From positions 1 to 52,352 of the IMG/VR virus record IMGVR_UViG_3300037589_000013: DNA of 52,352 nt. The stretch is one strand, 5' to 3'. The notes under the pieces were generated by a model. It was given only the letters and a program-made list of their open reading frames with translations. It ran no database searches and was not told where the DNA came from. The first letter of the stretch is position 1. Every line of letters begins with the position of its first letter. The translations under genes and the position numbers were made by a program. This document shows, piece by piece, positions 16,780 through 24,630 of this stretch. The stretch is from a virus (lineage: Duplodnaviria > Caudoviricetes).

Positions 16780-17265
16780 TTACTTGACGCGGAACACACG
16801 CACGGTTGCGCTGTCGGGGTCAGTCTTGGGGTCAACGTCATGCGCTTCCCATTCCTTGATGCGTTCGGTCACACCGACCGGCGTTCCCTGCGCGACAACG
16901 TTTCCGTTGGCGTCCTTGACCGGCTCACCGGGCTTGGTGATCTGATTTCCGTCCTCACCCAGTTTGGGGCGCTGGTTGGTGTCGCGGTTGTTTTCCTTGC
17001 TGACCGTGGCGCTAATCTGGCGCTTGGTCTTGTTTTTCAGACCGATCGATGCACCAATTTCAAGTTCATGCATCTTTTCGACCAGGGGCGACTTTGCACC
17101 ACGGCGAGCGGTAACAGGCGGCTTGATGTCGGTGCGAACGGCGGTGAATTCCGGTGCAACGCGGTCTTCTGCTTTCGGCGCACCGGCCTTGCCTTTCTTG
17201 GCGGTGGTTGCGGGAGCGGTTGCAGCAAATGCGGCGGCACCAGTGATTGCAACAATATTCTTCAT
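16780..17265 (-). CDS. Basic protein, putatively DNA-binding and highly expressed
   Basis: AAAGGA RBS; promoter TTGACA-N17-TAATTG at 17315-17343; codon bias like the capsid gene; IKPP...RRG....ELEIGAS. Confidence 0.7.
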   Translation of the reverse strand: MKNIVAITGAAAFAATAPATTAKKGKAGAPKAEDRVAPEFTAVRTDIKPPVTARRGAKSPLVEKMHELEIGASIGLKNKTKRQISATVSKENNRDTNQRPKLGEDGNQITKPGEPVKDANGNVVAQGTPVGVTERIKEWEAHDVDPKTDPDSATVRVFRVK

Positions 17266-17342
17266 TTGGCTTTCCTTTCGGGTTGGTTTAGAATGCTTGT
17301 CAGTGAATGATTGACAATTAGAACGTTGAAGGATGTGTGTCA

Positions 17343-17714
17343 ATGACTTTTTATGAGGAAATGCAAAATTTAACGCGTGACCTATTATCTGATAAGGATT
17401 TCAAACAAGGAACCATTGAATATGTGCGACTTGTGCCGGGTTCCGGTCCGATTGATAATCCAGGGCCTTCAACACCTGATAAAACTGAATTGCCGGGCGG
17501 TGTTGTCAAAGGTGTTTCGTTCAAATATGTCAATGATGGTTTGGCGCTATCGACAGATTTAACCGTGACTGTTCCGGTTCATCCTGATATTACCCCTGAT
17601 ATGCGCGATTTCATTGATATTGATGGTGTACGCCATAAGATTGTGCAAGATATTTCATCACCAGCGGGCGGAACGCGTGTTGTGTGGAAATTCATTGTTC
17701 GCAAGGGTTCCTAA
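17343..17714 (+). CDS. Head closure / stopper protein
   Basis: MTFYEEMQ.....LL; synteny in the neck module. Confidence 0.7.
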   Translation: MTFYEEMQNLTRDLLSDKDFKQGTIEYVRLVPGSGPIDNPGPSTPDKTELPGGVVKGVSFKYVNDGLALSTDLTVTVPVHPDITPDMRDFIDIDGVRHKIVQDISSPAGGTRVVWKFIVRKGS

Positions 17715-17717
17715 CCG

Positions 17718-18812
17718 ATGACCATCAATAATCGCCGTAAACTTGAAAAGCTTATTGATCTTTTTCAACCTCGTATTCGGGATGCGTTTTTAGCGGCGGT
17801 GCGTGACGTTGTGGATAACGTCATTTTGGTTGATGTGATCCGGGCGATTGAAAACGGTGATCCAATCCGCGCATTCGAATTGCTAGGTTTCAATCAATCC
17901 GCAATGCGCCCGATCACTCGCATGATCGAAGACGCGTTTGAAACTGGTGGTATGTTAACCGGTGAAGGTTTTCCAAAATATTTAAATACGCCGTCCGGCC
18001 GTGCGGTGTTTCGTTTCGATGTGCGCAACAGTCGAGCGGAAGCATGGTTGCGCGATCATTCGTCATCGCTGGTGACGAATATTACAAACGATGTGCGCGA
18101 AATTGTCAGGGTAACAATGGAACGCGGAATGTTGGCAGGTGAAAACCCGCGCCGCACCGCTCTTGAGTTGGTCGGGCGCATCGATCCAACTACAAAAGTT
18201 AGAACTGGTGGCACGATTGGACTTACACCAGGACAAGAAAAATGGGTTGCGAATACGCGGCGCGATTTGAACGACATGCGAGACATTGCCGCACGTGTTC
18301 GTAGTGGTGAATATTCAACTGCACAAGCGCGCGAGGAATTGAGCAAGAATAATTATTTCTCGCGTGCATTACGTCGCAAGGGTTCCGATAATCAAATTGT
18401 CAAATCGATTGTTTCCGGTAAGGATTTAGATGTTAACACGGTTGACCGGCTGGTGATGACATACCGCAACAACGCGTTACGCTATCGTGGCGAGGTTATC
18501 GGGCGCACAGAAGCACTCCAGGCGCTCAATCGGTCGGAATATGAAGCGCACATGCAAGCGGTCGATACTGGCGCGCTACGGCGGCAAGATGTCAAACGGA
18601 TATGGGATAGCGCGGGTGATGGTCGAGTGCGTGACACACATCGCGTAATGGACGGACAAGCGGTTTCAATGGATGAACCGTTCATCAGCCCGTCCGGTTC
18701 ACGAATGATGTATCCGGGTGACACATCATTGGGTGCGGACGCGGCGGAAACAATTCAATGTCGTTGCCGCGTCCGCATTGAAGCCGATTTCTTGGCGCAA
18801 TGGAATGATTAA
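17718..18812 (+). CDS. Head morphogenesis protein (MuF/SPP1 gp7-like)
   Basis: IGRTE, WDSAGDGRVRDTH..MDG, YPGD, ETIQCRC. Confidence 0.9.
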   Translation: MTINNRRKLEKLIDLFQPRIRDAFLAAVRDVVDNVILVDVIRAIENGDPIRAFELLGFNQSAMRPITRMIEDAFETGGMLTGEGFPKYLNTPSGRAVFRFDVRNSRAEAWLRDHSSSLVTNITNDVREIVRVTMERGMLAGENPRRTALELVGRIDPTTKVRTGGTIGLTPGQEKWVANTRRDLNDMRDIAARVRSGEYSTAQAREELSKNNYFSRALRRKGSDNQIVKSIVSGKDLDVNTVDRLVMTYRNNALRYRGEVIGRTEALQALNRSEYEAHMQAVDTGALRRQDVKRIWDSAGDGRVRDTHRVMDGQAVSMDEPFISPSGSRMMYPGDTSLGADAAETIQCRCRVRIEADFLAQWND

Positions 18813-19168
18813 TAATTACAGTCGCAAAAACTGAAATGTCGCCCGCAAGTCCAACATGATTGATCATCAAAATCATCATAAGCATAATCAATTTTAGACA
18901 TTTCGTCTTCCTTTTGCAATTTCAAATCATATTCATCATATTCACGCCAATACGGATCATCATATTCATCATCAATTTCAATCTGGTTCATCAACCATTC
19001 ATGATCGCTGATTTGCTGCATTGCGTCACGCATGGCGGCGCGGTCGGCTTTGCGTTTTTCAATCCTGGCGCGGGCGCGGCGGTCTTGTTTGCTGCGATAA
19101 ATCTTTTCCAGATAAACCGACCCGAAACCATCACCACAATCAAGAATGTATTGGCGGCGATATGTCAT
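18809..19168 (-). CDS. Acidic hypothetical protein with a C-terminal Cys cluster
   Basis: AACGGGAG RBS; CWTCGRHFSFCDC. Confidence 0.7.
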   Translation of the reverse strand: MTYRRQYILDCGDGFGSVYLEKIYRSKQDRRARARIEKRKADRAAMRDAMQQISDHEWLMNQIEIDDEYDDPYWREYDEYDLKLQKEDEMSKIDYAYDDFDDQSCWTCGRHFSFCDCNY

Positions 19169-19212
19169 TTCAATAACTCCCGTTAATTAGTTTGCGATTG
19201 GATAATTGTATA

Positions 19213-19452
19213 TTATTTTCCAACCGTCAACATGATTGGTTGCGGATTGTTGCCGATTACACTGACAATTATTTTCGCACCTTGATTGATACGCTCGATT
19301 TCATCCGGTGTCGGTTCCCATGCGGTGTGCATCATATTGACAGTTTCACCGCTTGCCGGATCAATAATCGTTTCGTCACGAATGGGCAAACCTAGATAAC
19401 CCTGCGATTGACCACAAACGCGCGTTGTTCCTTCAATTCTTGCGATTAACAT
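19213..19452 (-). CDS. Hypothetical protein
   Basis: GYLGLPIRD...TAWEPTPDE..R...G..I; overlaps the upstream stop. Confidence 0.75.
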   Translation of the reverse strand: MLIARIEGTTRVCGQSQGYLGLPIRDETIIDPASGETVNMMHTAWEPTPDEIERINQGAKIIVSVIGNNPQPIMLTVGK

Positions 19453-20582
19453 CCTGATATCTCCAAAGGTAAGCCATCCGGCACAATTGACGGCAACATT
19501 TCAAGTGCCATTTTTTCCAAGTCACCACGCGGAATATTCTTACTCAAATGTTTCACATAAAATTCATTCCGTCCGCATGGATGATGTGAATTGAATGCTG
19601 CAACTGGAAACCCTTGTGTTGACCAGATTGAACGGCATTCATCCGATTGCGAGACACAAGCGAAATTGAAGCGTCGTAAGAATGATGGATGACCTAAAGC
19701 AAAAACCACATCGTCAATATTCAGCCGTTCACCGGCATGTTTGAGCGTAACGGCGGTTTGCGCTCCAGGTGAACCGCTAGAGGACATTGCTTGCATGGTT
19801 ACGCTTACAATTGCGCAACTGTAACCTTGGCGCTCCAATATATCAGCTATTGCAGCGACCACAGCGGCGCGCACAATGAGATTTTCAGCGTTAATATATG
19901 CGGAAGCCGTGTTTTCGACAAACAACGTTATGACGCGTCTTCCCGGCTTTTTTGGGCGCTTAATCATGTGCATCGGGTTGCCAGCAAGCAAACGACCAAC
20001 ATTCACGTTTCCACCCGCAACCGCATATGACCGGCGGCGGGCGGTCGCATGTTCAAGATTGAGGAATTCAAGCACGCGGGCGGCGTTCTGGACGCCATCG
20101 CGCCAAGCATCGCGGGCAAGATTGATTGCGGCACTCATGTTCGGCGTACCATGCCAATTTTCGCCACCAGACCAACCCGCGTCACGCTTTCCGGCCCGCT
20201 TTTCAGTTGGTATTTCTTCAATGAATTTGACCATGTTTCCGAGATTGGAAAACCCAAAAAATGCGAGTGGATTTTTATCTTTGAAATAATTTAAATATGT
20301 CTGATCATCACCATAAATTGCGATTGATCCGTTACGCGTTTTCGGTGTTTCCCGACTATCGATGATGAGTTTGAAAGCGTCAACTTTCGGCAATTCTGTT
20401 GACCGGCGCGGCGTTTCACCATCACCAGTCACCAAACAACCGGGCAATTGTTTCAGTTGCTCGATTTCTTGCGGTGTGGCGGAATAGAACAGCCAATTTT
20501 TTTCATCACTATTCCACACACCGCCCAATTGCTTTAGGCGGTCTTTATGGTCAAATGTGCGTCCGCTAACAGTTATGGTCAT
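19446..20582 (-). CDS. vWA-like (CobT-like) protein with an extra N-terminal domain
   Basis: GGNVNVGRLLAGNP..M, VITLFVENTAS, AIADILE..G, LK..GE.L, HPSFLRR; downstream of an AAA ATPase. Confidence 0.7.
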   Translation of the reverse strand: MTITVSGRTFDHKDRLKQLGGVWNSDEKNWLFYSATPQEIEQLKQLPGCLVTGDGETPRRSTELPKVDAFKLIIDSRETPKTRNGSIAIYGDDQTYLNYFKDKNPLAFFGFSNLGNMVKFIEEIPTEKRAGKRDAGWSGGENWHGTPNMSAAINLARDAWRDGVQNAARVLEFLNLEHATARRRSYAVAGGNVNVGRLLAGNPMHMIKRPKKPGRRVITLFVENTASAYINAENLIVRAAVVAAIADILERQGYSCAIVSVTMQAMSSSGSPGAQTAVTLKHAGERLNIDDVVFALGHPSFLRRFNFACVSQSDECRSIWSTQGFPVAAFNSHHPCGRNEFYVKHLSKNIPRGDLEKMALEMLPSIVPDGLPLEISGC

Positions 20583-20791
20583 TTATTCCAGATACCGTCA
20601 ACGTATTTCCCAGAACAATTAAAATGACCTAAATCCATGGGATAACATTTTAATTCAGGCAAATAATCGCGTAAAATCAAATTGCGAATTGTTGTGCAAT
20701 GTTCAATTTCCATCATGCAAGCAATATCAGCCGTGCCGCTATCCATATATTTCGCGGTTGGATATCGGTTTGTTGCGTTACGATATTTCAT
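20579..20791 (-). CDS. Hypothetical protein (MKYRNATN...)
   Basis: AAGGA RBS; ATGA coupling. Confidence 0.65.
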   Translation of the reverse strand: MKYRNATNRYPTAKYMDSGTADIACMMEIEHCTTIRNLILRDYLPELKCYPMDLGHFNCSGKYVDGIWNK

Positions 20792-21009
20792 GTTATTGTT
20801 TCCTTTCCATCGTTGCGAGGATGAATTAAATTTGTGGTCATATTGTCGATTTGCAAAATTAATTCCGGCAAATCTTTGGAAGGTCTCCAACCTGCGCAAT
20901 CCGGGTAATGTTTTTGGTGCAAAGATTTCGCCAAACTAAGCGCAAAAAACATTGCGTCTTCGTGATCTTGCGCAATACGTTTGTCTTTGCGTGTGTAAAA
21001 TATTCTCAT
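20788..21009 (-). CDS. Hypothetical protein
   Basis: ATGA coupling to the ATPase gene. Confidence 0.65.
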   Translation of the reverse strand: MRIFYTRKDKRIAQDHEDAMFFALSLAKSLHQKHYPDCAGWRPSKDLPELILQIDNMTTNLIHPRNDGKETIT

Positions 21010-22112
21010 TTCACTTTCTCCCGGTCTGTTTCACTCATTCCTTTGAACAGATAACTTTCTTCAACTTCTTTCCAGTCATCACCGCTGGCAAGTGCTGCAC
21101 TTCCCATAATTATTGCACGTGTTGAAACAACATGTCTAATATTTTTTTCTGCAATACGTTTGCGCAATTGCCAAACGTGTTCCAACCATTTGATGTTTCC
21201 GTTGCAGAAAGCGCGCTCCAGGTTCAAATCATAATCAACTGTTACGAACGCGAAACGGTCAAGGCTTGCCGCATCCAATTCGTTGCGTCCGATATAAACG
21301 CGGTCCGCGCCCGTCCCGAACGTGTTTGCTGTGGCGACCATTCGGAACGAGGGTGAACGAGGTATTGGCGCGTTTCGGTCAGGAAATGTAGCATATCCAT
21401 TTGCCAAGGCTGCATTTGCGGCCAATAGCGCGCTTGCGTCCCATGCGTCGATTTCATCAGCGAGCCAAACCCCGCCGAATTCAAAAGCTGTTCGGAATGG
21501 CGTTGAATGATATTTTCCGTAACCATCGATAAACCCCGTTAATTCATGTGTGTCGTTGATTGTTGATGTGATGTAAAACGGCAAATTCAACGCCTTTGCA
21601 GCCTGTTGCCCAATCGTCGTTTTTCCACAACCAGCCGGACCAACCATCATAACAGGATGATTGAGCGCACATTTGCGGATAACGTTTTCCGTTCGATAAT
21701 GCTGTAATCCATCAAGCGTTACGTTTCCTTGTGGGCTGGTTACGATCAATTGACGCGGTGCGAGTTGTTCAAGCGTTTCCTTGATTAGTCGTTTAGTTGT
21801 TTCACCGCTCAATATTTCTTGCTGCATTTCCGAACGCGCAATGCGTCGTGTAAGTGAAACCTCAAATCCTGGCGCGTTAACAGCTTCCAACACTTTAATA
21901 ATTGTGTCGTTTATATCCGGCGCAACACTTGGCGCGGGCGTGTCGTTGTGGTATATGTTCGCGAGTTCAACCGCTTTCATGCGGTGTACATCAAACGGCT
22001 TGTAACCGCGTAAAATCGCCCATTCGCGCAAAAGAGGAATTTCACTATTAATTAAAATATAATCCTCGCGCGGACCTAATTGCTTTTCAATTTCTTCGAT
22101 TGTAAGTTTCAT
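21006..22112 (-). CDS. MoxR/CobS-like AAA+ ATPase
   Basis: GPAGCGKT (Walker A), WLADEID (Walker B), ATANTFG (sensor 1), LDAASLDRF (arginine finger), STR (sensor 2). Confidence 0.92.
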   Translation of the reverse strand: MKLTIEEIEKQLGPREDYILINSEIPLLREWAILRGYKPFDVHRMKAVELANIYHNDTPAPSVAPDINDTIIKVLEAVNAPGFEVSLTRRIARSEMQQEILSGETTKRLIKETLEQLAPRQLIVTSPQGNVTLDGLQHYRTENVIRKCALNHPVMMVGPAGCGKTTIGQQAAKALNLPFYITSTINDTHELTGFIDGYGKYHSTPFRTAFEFGGVWLADEIDAWDASALLAANAALANGYATFPDRNAPIPRSPSFRMVATANTFGTGADRVYIGRNELDAASLDRFAFVTVDYDLNLERAFCNGNIKWLEHVWQLRKRIAEKNIRHVVSTRAIIMGSAALASGDDWKEVEESYLFKGMSETDREKVK

Positions 22113-22147
22113 ATTATTTTATCCATGTGGTCAAATAGGTTCATATC

Positions 22148-22567
22148 ATGGTGGAAAAGTCATTTCAAGCGCAGGTTGACAGGATTATTGTCAACACCGA
22201 TAAGCGTTTGAATTTAGTAATGAAACAATCATTGCAAACCGTCATCAACGAAATGCAGACGCCAACCGGCAAAGGTGGAAAAATGCGAGTGGATACCGGG
22301 TTTCTCCGGGCGTCCGGTCAATCGTCATTAAACGGTATGCCAACCGGTCCAAGTCGCAAACCACCAGAAGGCGAATTTGATTGGAATGCGAGCGATACAA
22401 CCGCCACAATTGGAAAGATGAAATTCGGTTCAACTTTTTTCTTTGGTTGGACTGCAAATTATGCGCGAATTCGTGAAACTTATGATGGCTTTATGTCGAG
22501 CGCATTGCAGAATTGGCAACAAACAGTAGATAAAGTAGTTGCAGAAGCAAAAAGGCGGTTTTCATGA
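22148..22567 (+). CDS. Neck / tail completion protein (HK97 gp10-like)
   Basis: VDTGFLRAS, ANYA...E; synteny. Confidence 0.8.
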   Translation: MVEKSFQAQVDRIIVNTDKRLNLVMKQSLQTVINEMQTPTGKGGKMRVDTGFLRASGQSSLNGMPTGPSRKPPEGEFDWNASDTTATIGKMKFGSTFFFGWTANYARIRETYDGFMSSALQNWQQTVDKVVAEAKRRFS

Positions 22568-22977
22568 TTGAACGCGAAATTTTACAAGCATTGCAAACCG
22601 CAACAATCAACGCGGTAAGTGCGTCAACCATGCCGCTTTTACCAATCAAAGCATTGGGGAGAACTTTTGACCCCCCTGGCGATGGTCGATGGTTGGAAAT
22701 TGTGCATATCCCCAACAATGTCATTGGTCAATTTTGGGCTGATGGCAAGACATATCGCGGTCTGTATCGCTTGATTTTACATTGGGGATTGGATGACGCG
22801 GGCGTTTATCAACCAATGGATGTCATAGCGTCTATCGCGGCTGGTTTTCCTAAAGGTTCGATCTTTCAAAATGGTTCGGTTTCCGTTAAAATTTACGATG
22901 AACCGGACCTTGTAGGGGTGATAGAGGCATCGCCCGAAACGTTGTATCCGGTAACAATCCGGTACATGTCATCATAA
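22564..22977 (+). CDS. Tail terminator protein
   Basis: FDPP.DG.WL, YRG......H, PVTIRY; directly before the tail tube gene. Confidence 0.75.
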   Translation: MIEREILQALQTATINAVSASTMPLLPIKALGRTFDPPGDGRWLEIVHIPNNVIGQFWADGKTYRGLYRLILHWGLDDAGVYQPMDVIASIAAGFPKGSIFQNGSVSVKIYDEPDLVGVIEASPETLYPVTIRYMSS

Positions 22978-22990
22978 AGGAACCGACACA

Positions 22991-23779
22991 ATGAAAAATA
23001 TGATCAACCTTGTTGCAGCAATGGCATTCGCGAATGCGAACGCGGCGTCACGCTTGTTTGTTTGCGCAACTCCGCAAAACACCGACTTAACCCAATCCGA
23101 ATACGAATTGTTGACATGGGTTGAAGTCAAGGGGATTGGTTCGCGCGGTGAAACCGGCAAACAGACCAATATTTTGACCTATGACACATGGGATACAACC
23201 GTTGTGCAGAAGGCCAAAGGTATGACCGATGCAGGTTCTCCGCCGGTTGAAGTTGCGCGCATTCCGACCGATCCCGGTCAAATCATCATGCGGGCGGCTG
23301 GTGCGGTCGGCAACAACAACAATTACGCGTTCAAGGAATTGCGTTCGGATGGTTTGGTTGCCGGTCAAGGTTCGGTTTTCTACAATCGCGGCTTGGTGAC
23401 AGGCCCGACGCGTCCAGGTGGACGAAATGAAGATTTTGACCTTGAGGTGTACACACTCGGATTGCAGCAAGAAGAAATCGTTGTAAATCCTGGCGCGGGT
23501 GGAACTGCACCAGCCTTTACGGCGCTTCCAGCCATCTCTGGTACGGAGGAAGACGGCGAAACTCTCACGCTTTCCAACGGCACGGTTACAGGTGATGCAA
23601 CCATCACCTATCAATACCAGTGGTTTGTCAACGGTGTTGCCAAGGCTGGTGAAACCGCAAGCACGCTCACGCTCGTTACTGCGGATGTTGGCAAATACAT
23701 TCAAGGTCGCGTTGTTGCGACAAACGACAGCGGTTATGCGGTCGGCTGGTCGGACGCAACCGGCGCAATTGGCGCTTGA
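22991..23779 (+). CDS. Major tail (tube) protein with a C-terminal Ig-like domain
   Basis: LTWVEV.......GETG, KAKG..DAG, DPGQ; C-terminal PAISGT...GETLT...YQYQW...DVGK.I...V.ATN. Confidence 0.9.
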   Translation: MKNMINLVAAMAFANANAASRLFVCATPQNTDLTQSEYELLTWVEVKGIGSRGETGKQTNILTYDTWDTTVVQKAKGMTDAGSPPVEVARIPTDPGQIIMRAAGAVGNNNNYAFKELRSDGLVAGQGSVFYNRGLVTGPTRPGGRNEDFDLEVYTLGLQQEEIVVNPGAGGTAPAFTALPAISGTEEDGETLTLSNGTVTGDATITYQYQWFVNGVAKAGETASTLTLVTADVGKYIQGRVVATNDSGYAVGWSDATGAIGA

Positions 23780-23804
23780 CCTTATTAACCGAACGGATAA
23801 ATAT

Positions 23805-23833
23805 GGCGGGCGGCTCACAGTCGCCCGCTTTTT
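23805..23833 (+). terminator. Intrinsic terminator
   Basis: GGCGGGCGGCT-CAC-AGTCGCCCGCT-TTTT. Confidence 0.75.
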
Positions 23834-23850
23834 CATGAAAGGAACGAACA

Positions 23851-24249
23851 ATGGATATTGCAAACATTCAACCGTCCGAACGCGTGATTGAAATTCATCA
23901 TCCCGCCGATGAAAATGAATTGATGGGAATTCGCGTAACCCTCATTTCAATCACTGACCCGCGTATGAAAAAAATCAAGCGCAAAATTCAAGACGCTAAA
24001 TTGAAACTTGATGCCAAAGGAAAATCTTTCAAATCGGAAGAAATTGAAGAAAACGCAAATGAAATGTTGTTTTCCGCAATGACCGGTTGGGATTGGTACG
24101 GAAAAGACGCAACGTTTAAAGGTAAAAAGCCCGAGTTCAATCGCGCATCTGTTTTTGACGTATTGACAACGGTTGAATGGTTCGCGGATCAATTAACCGA
24201 AGCAATCACCGATGAAAAATCTTTTTTTACGGCATCCAAAACGAGTTGA
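23851..24249 (+). CDS. Tail assembly chaperone (lambda G-like)
   Basis: Between the tail tube and tape measure genes; ends ..DEKSFF at a slippery site. Confidence 0.85.
   Translation: MDIANIQPSERVIEIHHPADENELMGIRVTLISITDPRMKKIKRKIQDAKLKLDAKGKSFKSEEIEENANEMLFSAMTGWDWYGKDATFKGKKPEFNRASVFDVLTTVEWFADQLTEAITDEKSFFTASKTS
24222..24228 (+). other. Programmed -1 frameshift site T-TTT-TTT
   Basis: The -1 frame (TAC GGC ATC CAA AAC GAG TTG ACG) is open into the 24246-24629 ORF. Confidence 0.85.
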
Positions 24250-24629
24250 CGGAAGCCGTTCGCGTTCGCGTCCGGTACGATATGCCCGATGAAAACGGGT
24301 TGTCCAGGCGCGAACGCAACGAACGTTTTGGACAAGGACCGTCACCAACGGTCGATATCCCTGATCATGGGCTTTATCTTTGGGAGTGGTATTTTCAACT
24401 TAGCGGGCGGCTGCGGCGCGTCCGCGACAGCGTTTGCGAACCTATCCCGCCTTCTGAATTTCTGGCATGGTGCGAGGCTTCCGGCACTATCGTCAATACG
24501 CTCGAATATGGTATCTTGTCAGCCATGGACGATGCGTTTTGCGATGAAATGAACCAGGAATTGAAAGACTACAATACGCGAATGCAAGAAAAGCGCGAGT
24601 TCGAAGCACAACAACGCGGAAGGCAATAA
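24228..24629 (+). CDS. Tail assembly chaperone frameshift extension (lambda T-like)
   Basis: YLWEWYFQLS..R.....PI...E..AW...LSAMD..F; no good independent start. Confidence 0.85.
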   Translation, partial: YGIQNELTEAVRVRVRYDMPDENGLSRRERNERFGQGPSPTVDIPDHGLYLWEWYFQLSGRLRRVRDSVCEPIPPSEFLAWCEASGTIVNTLEYGILSAMDDAFCDEMNQELKDYNTRMQEKREFEAQQRGRQ

Positions 24630-24630
24630 A

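Noticed and set aside
23087-23863. 258-aa minus-strand ORF (similarly 34685-35413 and 15720-16265)
   Set aside because: Shadows of well-supported + strand structural or lysis genes.
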